Shown: one piece after another, positions 1 to 11,004 of the stretch | Layout: every line of letters begins with the position of its first letter | How positions within the stretch are numbered: the stretch's first letter is position 1 | Source: Nitrospirota bacterium | GTDB taxonomy: Bacteria > Nitrospirota > UBA9217 | NCBI GenBank assembly: GCA_963818475.1 | Contig: CAWFSF010000005.1 | Coordinates: forward strand, 576,001 to 640,000 | Length of the DNA: 64,000 nucleotides | Direction of reading: 5' to 3' | Notes under the pieces: generated by a model | Told to the model about the DNA's origin: nothing | Database searches by the model: none | Seen by the model: only the letters and a program-made list of their open reading frames with translations | Program-made: the position numbers and the translations under genes

Positions 1-967
1 GACGGCGCGTTTTTGGGCTTGAAGCCGGGCTCCCGGTCCGCCAGCTTCTCCACACGATGCATAACGCCGATGGTCAGCTTCTTGTTGCAGACCGGGCAGA
101 GATTATCATATTTGATCGTCTCCTTCGGCGTGAGGCTTACGCCGCAGTCCCGGTGGCCGTCGTAATGGTACTTGCCCTCTTCAGGAAAGAACTCGATGGT
201 GCCGGCAAAACCCTTTTTCGTCCTGATGGCGGACATCATCGCGGCATAGGAGATGTCCGTGTTGAAGATGTTCGCCTCGCGGCCGATCTTGGCCGCAGAG
301 TGGGCGTCGGAGTTCGAGACGAGCGTGATGTTGTCCAGTGACGAGAGGCGCCAGTTCATGAGCGGGTCCGAGGACAGGCCGGTCTCGATGGCGTGAATAT
401 TCGGCGTAAGCTCTTCGTAGCATTCCTCGAAGGGAATCGAAGCCCGAGGCGGCGCCGAGAACCGAGAAGTGCGGCGTCCAGGCATGAGCAGGAATGTAAA
501 GGTTCTCGAGCGAAGCATCCAGGGTCAGCTGGAGCAGTTTTTTCGCATCGAGCCCCAGGATCGGCCTGCCGTCGGACTTGAGATTGCCGATCCTGGTCAG
601 CGATGAGATTCAATCGTTCAGCAGCTGCAAAGTCCGGCGCGAGAATGACCGAGTGGACCTTCCGGGTCTTTCCGTTCTTGCTGTAGATGCAGCTGATCTC
701 TGCCGAGAGGATGAAGTAGACCTCGGCCTTGCATGACTCCGGAACATCGTCGGTCTGAAATTTTTTCCGGAGCGTGAACAGGCCGTTGCCGGCCGGCTCG
801 AGCTTCTCTTTCAGCTCCTTGAGCCACTGGGGATGCGTGAAGTCGCCGGTTGCGATGACCGTGATGCCCTTGAGCTGCGCCCATTTCCAGATGCCTTCGG
901 GAGACATGTCTTTGCTCGTGGCGCGGGAATAATGGGAATGGACGTGGAGGTCTGCTATGAATTGCAT
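1..967 (-). CDS. Endonuclease Q / PHP-domain protein (TIGR00375-like); frameshifted, runs off the window start
   Basis: ADLHVHSHYSRATS and GTGDFTHP-like motifs. Other frames continue with ETGLSSDP..NSDAHS..GRE and GKYHYDGHR..C..CPVC. Confidence 0.85.
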
Positions 968-1120
968 GGCGGGGATTATAGCATTATCTCCTCAGCGGAG
1001 AAATAGAATTATGCATATTACCAAACCAGCAGGGCTATCTATCCGACTATTATACGCATTTTCGGTTTTTCCCTGCTGCATGACCTTGCAAATTTTACTG
1101 TCTCAGGCCTTCATTCTCTA

Positions 1121-1149
1121 TTGCCAAACCAGTGCCATAGATTTATAAT
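1121..1149 (+). promoter_or_regulatory. sigma70-type promoter
   Basis: TTGCCA-N17-TATAAT upstream of the GTG at 1183. Confidence 0.6.
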
Positions 1150-1182
1150 GCGGCGTCAATTTTGACAAGGGGGATCCGGCGG

Positions 1183-2181
1183 GTGAACAAAAAAGCAGTG
1201 GCTCTCATCTCGGGCGGCCTGGACAGCATCTTGGCCGCAAAGGTCGTCATGGACCAGGGCTTTGATATCATCGGGCTCTACTGTACGTCGGCCTTTTCCA
1301 AAAGCTACGGGAACGAGCAGGAGACCCATGCGGTCAAGGTGTCACGGGCACTCGGGATCGACCTTCGCATCTTCGACATGGGGCAGGAGTACATCGAACT
1401 CGTGCGCCGGCCTGCGCACGGATACGGCAAGAACACCAATCCCTGCATCGACTGCAAGATCTTCATGCTGAAAAAAGCACGGAGCCTCATGGATGACGTG
1501 GGAGCCCCCTTCGTGGTCACCGGCGAGGTGCTGGGGCAGCGGCCCATGTCGCAGCGCCGCGACACCCTGCAGGTGATCGAGCGGGATGCCGACATGCGCG
1601 GCCTGATCCTGCGGCCCCTTTCCGCCACGCTCTTGCCGCCCACCAAAGCGGAGCTGGCCGGCCAGATCGACCGGGAAAAGCTGCTCAGCATCAGCGGCCG
1701 CTCCCGGAACGTGCAGCTGCGGCTTGCCGAGCGGTACGGCATCCGCGGCTACTCGGCGCCTGCGGGCGGCTGCCTGCTCACGGACAAGAACTTTTCCGAC
1801 AAACTGCGGGACCTTTTTGAGGACAAGGCGGCCATTGACCCGAACGATATCCGGCTGCTCACCGTGGGCCGCCACTTCAGGATCGACACCGGCGTCAAGA
1901 TCGTCGTGGGCCGCGACAATGCAGAGAACAACGTCCTGCTCTCGCTTGCACCGCACGGCTACCATCTGTTCACACCGCATGATTTTTCAGGACCGGTGGC
2001 GCTTTTGAGCGGCACGCCTACGCCGGACCTCAAACAGGCCGTCGGCAGGCTCATGATCACCTACAGCAAGCAGGTGCCGGGCCAGACCAGGCGCATCCAG
2101 TTCGCCAATGAGGTCTTCGACCCGGGCGATCCGCTGCCGATATCAACGGTCGGCATGAGACGGGTCGGCGCGGACAGTTAA
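1183..2181 (+). CDS. PP-loop tRNA sulfurtransferase-like protein (ThiI/MnmA-like, DUF814-type C-terminus)
   Basis: SGGLDS PP-loop, CIDCK, GEVLGQRPMSQ and PAGGCLLT motifs. Confidence 0.8.
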   Translation: MNKKAVALISGGLDSILAAKVVMDQGFDIIGLYCTSAFSKSYGNEQETHAVKVSRALGIDLRIFDMGQEYIELVRRPAHGYGKNTNPCIDCKIFMLKKARSLMDDVGAPFVVTGEVLGQRPMSQRRDTLQVIERDADMRGLILRPLSATLLPPTKAELAGQIDREKLLSISGRSRNVQLRLAERYGIRGYSAPAGGCLLTDKNFSDKLRDLFEDKAAIDPNDIRLLTVGRHFRIDTGVKIVVGRDNAENNVLLSLAPHGYHLFTPHDFSGPVALLSGTPTPDLKQAVGRLMITYSKQVPGQTRRIQFANEVFDPGDPLPISTVGMRRVGADS

Positions 2182-2246
2182 GCTGCGCTGCCGTTTTTTT
2201 CCTCTTTGCTTTCCTCCTCATAACGGAACTGCTCAGGTCAGTATCC

Positions 2247-2333
2247 TATCCGCAGATTTCGCTGATTTCACCGATTAAAACAGGCCAGACTTGTGTTTCT
2301 AAGATCTGCGGACATCTGAGAAATCTGCGGATA
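2247..2333. repeat. Intergenic palindromic element built from 9-mer units
   Basis: Inverted arms TATCCGCAGATTTC (2247-2260) and GAAATCTGCGGATA (2320-2333); units cgcagattt/cgctgattt. Confidence 0.8.
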
Positions 2334-2465
2334 AAAAGTTTTTTCTTCTGCTCTGTGCGGCTGAATCTTCTTTTTTTAGATTCCTGTGTTAACAATTCGC
2401 CTCCCCCGCCGTTGCAGCTCCTTCAAACGTGATAAAATAAGAATGAGAACGATCGTCCCTCAGGG

Positions 2466-3578
2466 ATGATCGTGATCAGGATGGAGGAAACCATGCCCCG
2501 GCTGACCATCATGGCTCTCACCGAATATCTTGCGGCCCTCTATGCCGCACCTGTGCGCGTCATCTCGATGACAAGCCATGGCGCTCAGGAGGAGGGCGAC
2601 GATCTTAAGGGCTTCGGATATGGAGCGCCTCTTTTTCTGGAGTATGAGCTCTCCGGCGAACGAAAAAGGGCGGTGCTCGAAACCATGGCCCCTTCCTCCT
2701 ACGGCCATGACCACTTTTCCGACCGGGCCCAGGCCATTCTCTGGGAGCATGCCTCGTTCAACAACCTGCTCCGCCATGTGCGTTCTATTGACTGCGGTGC
2801 TTTTCTGCATTCCGGCAGGATCATTTCGACCGGGAAAGCCGAGGAGTTCTTCCTGCTCACGGAATTTGTGGAGGGAAAGGGGTACTTTAAGGACCTGGAG
2901 CGGATCAGGGACTCAGGTATTGCTGCGGACGGGGATCTCGACCGTACGCTGGCGCTCGCCGATTACCTTGCGGCTGTCCATGCGGAACGGCTCGACGCCC
3001 CCTCTCTTTATACACGGCGCATCCGCGAGCTCATGGGCCACGGTGAATGCATCATGGGGATGATCGACAACTATCCTTCCCAGTTCGAATTTATCACGCA
3101 ACCGCTGCTCAAAGAGATAGAGGTTGCGTGCAACGAATGGCGCTGGCGCATCAAGGGCCGCACCCATCGCCTCTGCAAAGTGCATGGCGATTTTCACCCC
3201 TGGAACATCCTGTTCCGTGCCGGCACGGACTTCACGGTCCTGGACCGGTCGCGGGGAGAATGGGGTGAAGCTGCCGATGACGTGGCGACCATGACGATCA
3301 ACTATCTGTTCTTCTCGCTCCAGCGCTCCGGCAGGCTTGAAGGGGAGTTTGAGAAGCTTTTCAGCCTGTTCTGGGACCGCTACCTCGCGAAGACCAATGA
3401 CCGGGAACTGCTCGAGGTCATTGCCCCGTTCTTTGCCTGGCGGGGCCTCGTGATCGCCAGCCCAGTATGGTATCCGCACCTGCCCACGGACGTACGGAAA
3501 ACGATCTTCAACTTCATCGGGAACGTGCTCAAGGCTGATCGATTCGATCCCGCCCACATGAAGAGGTATCTCGCATGA
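2466..3578 (+). CDS. Aminoglycoside/choline phosphotransferase-family kinase
   Basis: HGDFHPWNI catalytic loop followed by LDRSRG. Confidence 0.8.
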   Translation: MIVIRMEETMPRLTIMALTEYLAALYAAPVRVISMTSHGAQEEGDDLKGFGYGAPLFLEYELSGERKRAVLETMAPSSYGHDHFSDRAQAILWEHASFNNLLRHVRSIDCGAFLHSGRIISTGKAEEFFLLTEFVEGKGYFKDLERIRDSGIAADGDLDRTLALADYLAAVHAERLDAPSLYTRRIRELMGHGECIMGMIDNYPSQFEFITQPLLKEIEVACNEWRWRIKGRTHRLCKVHGDFHPWNILFRAGTDFTVLDRSRGEWGEAADDVATMTINYLFFSLQRSGRLEGEFEKLFSLFWDRYLAKTNDRELLEVIAPFFAWRGLVIASPVWYPHLPTDVRKTIFNFIGNVLKADRFDPAHMKRYLA

Positions 3579-4102
3579 GCGAACAGGAAGGCTTTGCCAT
3601 ATGGCTGACCGGCATTCCCGCGTCGGGCAAGAGTTCCATAACCAGGGAACTGGTGAAGCAGCTCCGTGCCAGCCGCGTGTCGGTGGTCGTGCTCGAGTCG
3701 GACGAGATGAGGAAGATCCTTACGCCCGCGCCGACCTACAGCGATGAGGAGCGCAGCCGGTTCTATCGCGCGCTGGCGCTGATCGGCGCCTTGCTCACCC
3801 GAAGCGGGATCAATGTGATCTTCGATGCAACGGCCAACAAACGTGCATACCGGGATCAGGCGCGGCAGGCCATCAATAAATTTCTCGAGGTTTACGTGGT
3901 CTGCCCGCAGGATATCTGCGTAAAGCGGGACCCGAAAGGCATCTATGCGCAGGCGGCGTTGAAAACTGCAACCAACGTGCCCGGGATCCAGGCTGCCTAT
4001 GAACCTCCCGTAAGCCCCGACCTGACGCTCGACGGACAGGCGCTGCCCGCTTTGGAAGCTTCCAGGATCATGGATACCCTGAAACAGCGATTATATATAT
4101 AA
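3575..4102 (+). CDS. Adenylyl-sulfate kinase-like P-loop kinase
   Basis: WLTGIPASGKS, RDPKGIY and PGI..YEPP motifs; ATGA overlap with the upstream gene. Confidence 0.8.
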   Translation: MSEQEGFAIWLTGIPASGKSSITRELVKQLRASRVSVVVLESDEMRKILTPAPTYSDEERSRFYRALALIGALLTRSGINVIFDATANKRAYRDQARQAINKFLEVYVVCPQDICVKRDPKGIYAQAALKTATNVPGIQAAYEPPVSPDLTLDGQALPALEASRIMDTLKQRLYI

Positions 4103-4171
4103 ACAGTTCTTTCCGCCCTATTTGTGAAACTCATTTGACTGCCCACGGTGCATTCTATACAATGTTTGATT

Positions 4172-4618
4172 ATGGGCAAAAAAGTAACGTACGAGCGCTG
4201 GATAAACCTTTTTCTTCCTGATGGATGGCAGGAACGGGAGGAAATGGGATTTGTACTCCTGGAAAAAGACGGCTGGCCTGGCATGCTGCAACTTTCCTTC
4301 ATTGAGCGGGAGGAGGCATCGCTTCCCCCGGCTGATGCTGCGAGAATGCTGCTTGAAGACACCCTCGAGGAGCGGGACATCCCCTTTCCCCGGGAGGCGG
4401 TAAAGGTGGAAGACCGCGGCAACATGGCTGTCGCCATGATCGACTATACCTTTAAAGACAAAGAAACTCCCTCACACTGGAGGATCTGGTTCCTGGTGGA
4501 CCGCACGCGAGCGCTTCTTGCAGCCTATGTCAGCAATCCCGAGCACGACACACCCTCTCTTGCCGAGGCAACCAGCATTGTTGCCGATATCGAGTTCATC
4601 CCGGCAACGAACGCGTAG
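4172..4618 (+). CDS. Hypothetical protein (PsbP/DUF3805-like fold possible)
   Basis: Clean ORF with LPDGW motif. Confidence 0.6.
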   Translation: MGKKVTYERWINLFLPDGWQEREEMGFVLLEKDGWPGMLQLSFIEREEASLPPADAARMLLEDTLEERDIPFPREAVKVEDRGNMAVAMIDYTFKDKETPSHWRIWFLVDRTRALLAAYVSNPEHDTPSLAEATSIVADIEFIPATNA

Positions 4619-4619
4619 A

Positions 4620-5976
4620 TTATACGTACTCCCTCAGCATTTTGCTCCTGGCAGGGTGGCGCAGCTTCTTGAGCGCCTTGATCTCTATCTGCCGGATGCG
4701 CTCCCTCGTCAGGTTGAAGAACTTTCCCACCTCTTCAAGCGTATGCTCGCTGCCGACCCCGATGCCGAACCGCATCCTGATGATCTTTTCTTCCCGCTCT
4801 GACAGCGAAGCCAGCACCTCCTCAATGCGGTTGGACGCTTCGCTGTTCTCAAGGATCTTGAACGGCGAAACTGACTTTGTCGTCGATAATGACGTCTTTC
4901 AGCTCTTTTTCTTCCGACAGGATCGGCGTCTCGAGCGATACCGGCTCCTGGATGGCGCGCAGGATCTCGTTCACCCTGACCACGGACAGCCCCATGATCT
5001 TCGAAACTTCCTCAGGAGCAGGTTCCCGTCCCTTCTCCCGCATGAACTTGGCATAGATGCGACTGATGCGGGTGCTCTCTTCGATCAGGTGTACCGGCAG
5101 CCGTATGGTCCGCGCCTGATCGAGGATCGCCCGGGTGATCCGCTGCCGTATCCACCAGGTCGAATAGGTGCTGAATTTGGTGCCCTTCCCCGACTCGTAC
5201 CGGTCGGCAGATTTCATGAGCCCGATATTGCCTTCCTGGATCAGGTCGAGCAGGGTCAGTCCCCGGTTCACATACTTCTTCGCGATCGAGACCACAAGCC
5301 TCAGATTGGCCTTGACGAGCTCATCCTTGGCCAGTTTGGCCTTGTCCTCTTCGGCCTCGATCCGCCGGACCATATCCCGTATGATCTCTTCATCCAGCCC
5401 GAGCCGCTCCCCCTCATTGCTGATGCCCCGCTCCACCTGCTTGCCGATAAAGAGGAGCTTTTTGATCATTTTTTCGATCTCGCGGTAGGATAGGCTCATC
5501 TGATTGAGCGTCGCCGTCGCGCGCGCTATATCGCGCTTTGCGATTTGCCGCTTGAGACGGTTGTACTGCCGCATGAAATCGGCCTCATAGGAATCCCTCC
5601 ACTCACCGGGGTATCGGAGAACGTCCTGCGCCTTCACCAGCCCCTGTTTTATATTGGTGCCGATCGCAAGTACGCGGGGTATGGCAAGCGGAGAGTTCAA
5701 GGCTATCTCCTTGAGCGAAGACTTTCCCTCCTCGAGCAGGCGAACATACTGCTGTTCCTCTTCGATCTTGAGCATGGGAAACTTGCCTACGTTCTTAAGA
5801 TAGGTGTCGACAAGGTCAGCTCCTCCGACCTCCTCAGCAGCTTCCGCCACCTCAACGGGAGTTGGTTCTTCCTCCTCCTCTTCCTCCGCAAACTCTTCGG
5901 CAAGGTCTTCCAATATATCTTCTGGCATCCCTTCGGGATAGCCTGTTTTTTCCTCTGATAAAGCGCTCTTGCTCAT
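4620..5976 (-). CDS. RNA polymerase sigma-70 family factor (RpoD-like); frameshift near 4860
   Basis: [35 protein letters not shown], and region 4 [15 protein letters not shown] in a second frame. Confidence 0.9.
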
Positions 5977-6187
5977 GGCCGCCGCCTTTCCTTCTCTGTT
6001 TCAATTATATCAGAACCGCTCTACCGCGTCAAACTCTAATTCTAGTATCAGGTGATATAACTAGGCGCAGATTATGCACTTTGATCGACGCTCTATGCAT
6101 TTTAAGAGCCCGCCCCCTCTATGCGGCGAAAGTCCGCAATAAATTCTCCTGCACCAAAACACGGTTTTATGTTATAGTTGTCGCACT

Positions 6188-7165
6188 ATGGACATGTTCT
6201 CCATACTCTTCCCGGTATCGGGCGTCACCACCCCGGTATTCCTTCCGCCGCTTGTTGCGCTGCTTGTTTCGGCATGCACTTCCCTGGCGGGCGTGTCCGG
6301 TGCCTTTATCCTGCTGCCGTTCCAGATGAGCGTTCTCGGCTTCACCAGCCCGGCTGTCAGTGCCACGAACTTTGTTTACAACATTGTTGCCATACCGAGC
6401 GGTGTATATCGTTATTTCAAGGAAGGCCGCATGGCCTGGCCGCTCACGTGGATCGTGATCGCAGGCACGCTGCCTGGAGTGTTCATCGGGTATTACCTGA
6501 GGATATACTATCTGCCTGACCCGCGCACCTTCAAGCTCTTTGTGGGGTGCGTGCTCCTTTATATTGGAGGACGCCTCCTCTACGAGATCTCGGGCGCAGC
6601 GCAGGCGGGCAAAAACAGGCTGAACGAACTGGACCGGAAATTCGCTGAACGAAGCAGGCTCCTGAAGAAACAGCAGCATTCACGAACGGCCGCAGGCCTG
6701 CCCCCCGAGGCCGTGGTCAAGACCGTACAGGTAAGCCTTGCCCGGATAGAATACGAATTCTGGGGTGAACGCTTTGGCTTCAGTGTCCCGGCCATGTTCC
6801 TGCTCTCTTTTATCGTCGGCATCATCGGCGGGACCTATGGCATAGGCGGCGGGGCGATCATCGCGCCCTTCTGCGTGGCTGTGTTCCATCTGCCGGTCTA
6901 CACCGTCGCCGGCGCCGCGCTGCTCGGAACGTTCCTGACCTCGGTCGCCGGGGTGATCTTCTACAGCTTCCTGCCGGCGATGAACGGCCTTCCCACATCG
7001 CCGGACTGGGCGCTCGGCTTTCTCTTCGGCATCGGCGGCTTTGCAGGCATGTATATCGGCGCCCGACTCCAGAAATATGTCCCCCAAAGGACCATCAAGG
7101 TCCTGCTCGGTCTGATGATTCTTTCCCTCGCTCTGCGGTATATACAACAATATTTCATCGCCTGA
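6188..7165 (+). CDS. TauE/SafE (TSUP) family membrane transporter
   Basis: GVSGAFILLP and GIGGGAIIAP helix motifs; multiple TM segments. Confidence 0.85.
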   Translation: MDMFSILFPVSGVTTPVFLPPLVALLVSACTSLAGVSGAFILLPFQMSVLGFTSPAVSATNFVYNIVAIPSGVYRYFKEGRMAWPLTWIVIAGTLPGVFIGYYLRIYYLPDPRTFKLFVGCVLLYIGGRLLYEISGAAQAGKNRLNELDRKFAERSRLLKKQQHSRTAAGLPPEAVVKTVQVSLARIEYEFWGERFGFSVPAMFLLSFIVGIIGGTYGIGGGAIIAPFCVAVFHLPVYTVAGAALLGTFLTSVAGVIFYSFLPAMNGLPTSPDWALGFLFGIGGFAGMYIGARLQKYVPQRTIKVLLGLMILSLALRYIQQYFIA

Positions 7166-7447
7166 CGCAGAGTCAACCACGCATAGACAGATCGGGCCAG
7201 GATATATCGGATCACGTTCCAGAATAGTGCGGGACAGGCGGATCACTTCGACGTTGAGAGAGGCTGGGGTGACCAGGCGGCTTTTTTGTTGCCTTCATCG
7301 TGCGCCGGAACGTCATGACGGATACCGGAGCGGTCCCGGGGGGCTGCACGCTGTTCTTGATAGTATCGTTCGATGATTGATCGCTGTCTTATCTTTTAAA
7401 CGGCAGGACTCTGCTCCCCAAAAAAGGACAGTTGAACGTTCAGGTCT

Positions 7448-8024
7448 TTATTTCAATCCCCTGCTGCCCGGCTTTATCGGCGCGCTGCCCGCCTTGCAGA
7501 GCGGGCACTCCTCAGCAGTGAACGAGGGCACTTCAAGCGTCACCAGCGACTTGTAGGGCACGCCGAGCTCTGCCTTGCCGCCGGACCGGTCAACGAGGCT
7601 TGCCGCGGCAACAACGACACCGCCCGCTTTTTTCACCACCTCGATCGTCTCCCTGGTCGATTTTCCGGTCGTGATCACGTCCTCCACGACCAGTATGCGC
7701 TCTCCCGGCTTGATGGTGAAGCCGCGACGGAGCGTCAGCTCTCCGTTCACGCGCTCGGCGAACAGCGCGCGCACGCCGAGGGCGCGGGCCGTCTCATGCG
7801 ATACGAACACCCCGCCCAGGGCCGGAGCGATCACGGCCTCGATCCTCGAAGTTCCTGAAATGCTCTGCAAGGGCGGCACAAAGCCTGGTGGCAATATCCG
7901 GCTGCTGAAGCACCAGCGCCGACTGCAGATAACGCTCACTGTGCAGGCCCGACGAAAGCAGAAAGTGGCCCGTCAGCAGCGCACCGGTCTTTTGGTAGAT
8001 GTCCAACACTTCTTCCTGGGTCAT
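7448..8024 (-). CDS. pyrE: Orotate phosphoribosyltransferase; frameshifted
   Basis: GHFLLSSGLHS and VVEDVITTGKS PRPP motif in adjacent frames. Confidence 0.9.
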
Positions 8025-8083
8025 GCTCTGCAGATACCTCGCTTTTGTTCAATTTTAATGAAATAGTCATAAGACGTTTTTTT

Positions 8084-8212
8084 CCACAGAGTCACAGAGG
8101 ACACGGAAGAAAGCTCTAAATCATCAAGATGTTTTTTCTCTGTGTCGCTTAGACGGCGCCTACTTCGGCTCCGTGCCTGGTGATGGATTTTGACTTTTTA
8201 CAAAATGGTCAA
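8084..8212. repeat. Degenerate nested intergenic repeats (cacagag 9-mer arms; GACTTTTTAC-type REP-like arm)
   Basis: ccacagagtcacagaggacacgg ... ctctgtgtc ... ctccgtg, then gactttttacaaaatggtcaa. Confidence 0.5.
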
Positions 8213-8247
8213 TTTTGACCTGATCCGGAAACGGCTTCTGTGCACGC

Positions 8248-9009
8248 TTACGGGGTCCCGGCTGTTGACCTGCCTCCTGCCGAAGCTCGCGGCAAGGAGA
8301 TCTCATCCAGAATTTTCTTCACGGCATCTCTCCGGTCCTCTGCCTTCAGCACCGGCCTTCCGACGACGATGTAATCGGCCCCGGCATGAACGGCTTCTGC
8401 CGGCGTCATGATCCGTTTTTGATCGTCCTTTGCAGCCCACACCGGCCGGACACCCGGCGTAAGGATCACGAACTCCCCCCGAATGCCCTTCCTCAGCATC
8501 TTGATCTCCTGCGGAGAGGCCACAACACCGTGCATACCGGCCCGCTGGGCAAGCCGCGCAAGATGGCCCACCTCCCGCTGGAGCGACCGGCTGATCTTCA
8601 GCTCTTTGCGCAGGCTTCGCTCATCCATGCTCGTCAGGATCGTGACGGCAAGAACGATCGGGCGGGGAAGGTGCAGCTTCTCCGCTGTTTCCGCCGCAGA
8701 CAGCGCCGCCGCCTTCATCATGTCCAGTCCCGCCCAGCGCATGGACGTTGAAGATGCTCACGCCGAGCTTCACCGCCTCTGCAGAGGCCTTCGCGACCGT
8801 GTTCGGAATGTCGTGGTATTTCAGGTCGAGAAAAACGCGGCCGCCCATGCCGATGATGCGGCGCACGATGTCCGGGCCGTAGGCGGTAAACAGCTGATGC
8901 CCCACCTTGAACATGCCGACGCTGGTCCTTCAGTTCACTGACAAGGCCGAGCGCTTCCCGGTCATCATCGACATCGAGGGCAAGAACGATCCGGTCAGAC
9001 GCAGTTCAT
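8248..9009 (-). CDS. pyrF: Orotidine-5'-phosphate decarboxylase; frameshifted
   Basis: [22 protein letters not shown] and IVVGRP motifs. Confidence 0.9.
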
Positions 9010-9037
9010 TTCCGCATTCCGCATTCCGCATTCCGCA
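9010..9037. repeat. Heptamer tandem repeat (TTCCGCA)x4
   Basis: Four perfect copies between the DUF3786-like stop and the pyrF start. Confidence 0.9.
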
Positions 9038-9044
9038 ATTTGTG

Positions 9045-9641
9045 TCAGTATATTCTCAGCAGACCCAGGATCCGCTCTTTGAAGATCTCCGCAAGCGTCT
9101 GCATGCTCGCCACGCTCAGGAACTCATTCGCATTGTGCGAGAACAGGACCCATACCTCGGCGGGAAAATCCTGGCTTTCCTGGGAAAGCTCTACATGCAG
9201 AGAGACCTTCGGCAGCGCACGCACGGTGATCGCCATATCGCTGCCGATCAGGCTCGGTACGGTTTTTGCGTCGAGCATCTGCAGCATCGTGTTGGCGCGG
9301 GCAACCACGTCTCCCGCATATTGCGCTATCGGCAGCTCGACTTTTTTTCTGAAATCTGCGGGCGCCTGTCCGGCAAAATCGCCGATACTGCGCCACGGCA
9401 GCATGTCCAGGACCGTACCCGGACGAGAACAGATATTCGAGAATGACGCCGGTATGGCTTTCAGGCGCCTTCTGGCCGTGGAGAAAGATCCCTTCGTGGC
9501 GAACGACATACTCCTGCCCCAGCATGGCAAGAAGCAACGCATCATCCTCTTCGCTGTACAGCGCGCTGATCCGCGCAGCCACTTCAGGAAATGAGGTATG
9601 CTCAAGGGCCTTCACTGCGGACCTCCCCGTTCGCTCGCCAT
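9045..9641 (-). CDS. DUF3786-like protein; frameshifted
   Basis: ILEYL..., ALPKVSL and DFPAEVWVLF..NA pattern. Confidence 0.65.
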
Positions 9642-9738
9642 GGAGTGGATTTATACCTGCCTGCACTGCAAGGACAGCGGAAGTGCAGTGGCATCATCGG
9701 AAAACCAGCAAAACGCCGGACAGGTTCGATCGGGTCCG

Positions 9739-10224
9739 CTATGCCTGCTTTTTGAAGCGCTTGATGATATCTGAGACCAATCCCTTGATATTGATCTGAA
9801 GCGGGATGACATCGGCAGGAAGCTGTTCAGTGAAGGAATACTCGGCCTGATTCCAGGTAAAAAGACTGACGATGATGTCATTCACCTGGGTCTTGAGCGC
9901 ATTGAAGAGATCTTGGGGAGTTACCATGCCGTTCTCGACGAGGATGGCGCCCATCTTTTTCAAGCCGAGGTGTTTTCGGTTCAGAACAAGCGCCTTGTCG
10001 AGGTCTGCTCTCTTCAGTTTGCCGACCTTCACGAGTATCTCGCCGAGACGGTCATTGATATCCGTTGATTTGGAGAAAATGACCTGGCCTTCCTTGAAGA
10101 ATACGGACTTTTCCACTCGGTCGCCCTTGAGTGTCAGCGTACCCGTGGCCTTCTCCGTTCTCAGTTCCTCGAAAATGACCGCAAGCGGTATATATTTAAT
10201 ATTTCCTGTGCGTGGAAGCGGCAT
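9739..10224 (-). CDS. DUF4388 (PatA-N-like) domain protein
   Basis: TGTL..FFKEG, RLGEILV and SLFTW..AEYSF motifs. Confidence 0.8.
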   Translation of the reverse strand: MPLPRTGNIKYIPLAVIFEELRTEKATGTLTLKGDRVEKSVFFKEGQVIFSKSTDINDRLGEILVKVGKLKRADLDKALVLNRKHLGLKKMGAILVENGMVTPQDLFNALKTQVNDIIVSLFTWNQAEYSFTEQLPADVIPLQINIKGLVSDIIKRFKKQA

Positions 10225-10302
10225 AATGATCGGCGTACCGTGCCCTGCAGAGCGTTATATTTTGTGGCCGGGGTGCGCATCGGCACGACAGATCAACCGC
10301 AC

Positions 10303-10938
10303 TTAATACTCGAACCTGATCCCGAGCCCGCCCTGGGTGTGCTCGCCGGTCTTGAGCTCCATCAGGATCATGAATTTCTGGCTGAGCTTCCACTCCACTC
10401 CGCCAAAAGCATAGAATGAAGTATCTTTCTCGACGCCCCTGCAGGATCCGTAGAGCGACGCCATCTCCAGCCCGCCGTAGGGAGTGAATTTATATCCCCG
10501 CTCCGTGAGCGGAATGCTCTTGCTCAAAATGGTGGAAAAGGTGACCTCGCTCGCGTTGCTGCTATTGATGATCGTGTTGTCGAAGCCGAGGTCAACGGCC
10601 AGGTCAAGCGGAATCCCTTCGGCCTCCTTGATGAGCTGATACTTCAGGTCGATGCCGACCAGCGCGCCGAGCTTGTCCATCCGGTCCGAAATCGTCGCCG
10701 ACGTTACTCCGAACTTGACGCCGACCTCCAGGAGCGCGCCCAGACCGTAGCGGATCTCGGGATAGAAGGACCGTGTAGTGATCACCCAGCGTGAAGTGGA
10801 TGCCGGTCTGCGTCATCCCCGGATCAAGACTTTCAGCGGTCGTGAACTCGTTCTGCGTGAAGTTCGGAAATGCCCCGGCCTGGCCGACGCAGAGCATCAG
10901 CAAGAACGACATGGCGGCAAGTATCATTTTTTCATCAT
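10303..10938 (-). CDS. Secreted/outer-membrane beta-barrel protein; frameshift near 10780
   Basis: Signal peptide, alternating beta strands, C-terminal GLGIRFEY. Confidence 0.7.
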
Positions 10939-10975
10939 AGATCCTCCATCCAGTACCTTCCGGTGAGCGAGGTGG

Positions 10976-11004
10976 ACTATAACATCAAACGAAAATCTTG
11001 ACAA
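10976..11004 (-). promoter_or_regulatory. sigma70 promoter with extended -10
   Basis: TTGTCA-N17-TATAGT with TG one base upstream of the -10. Confidence 0.6.
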
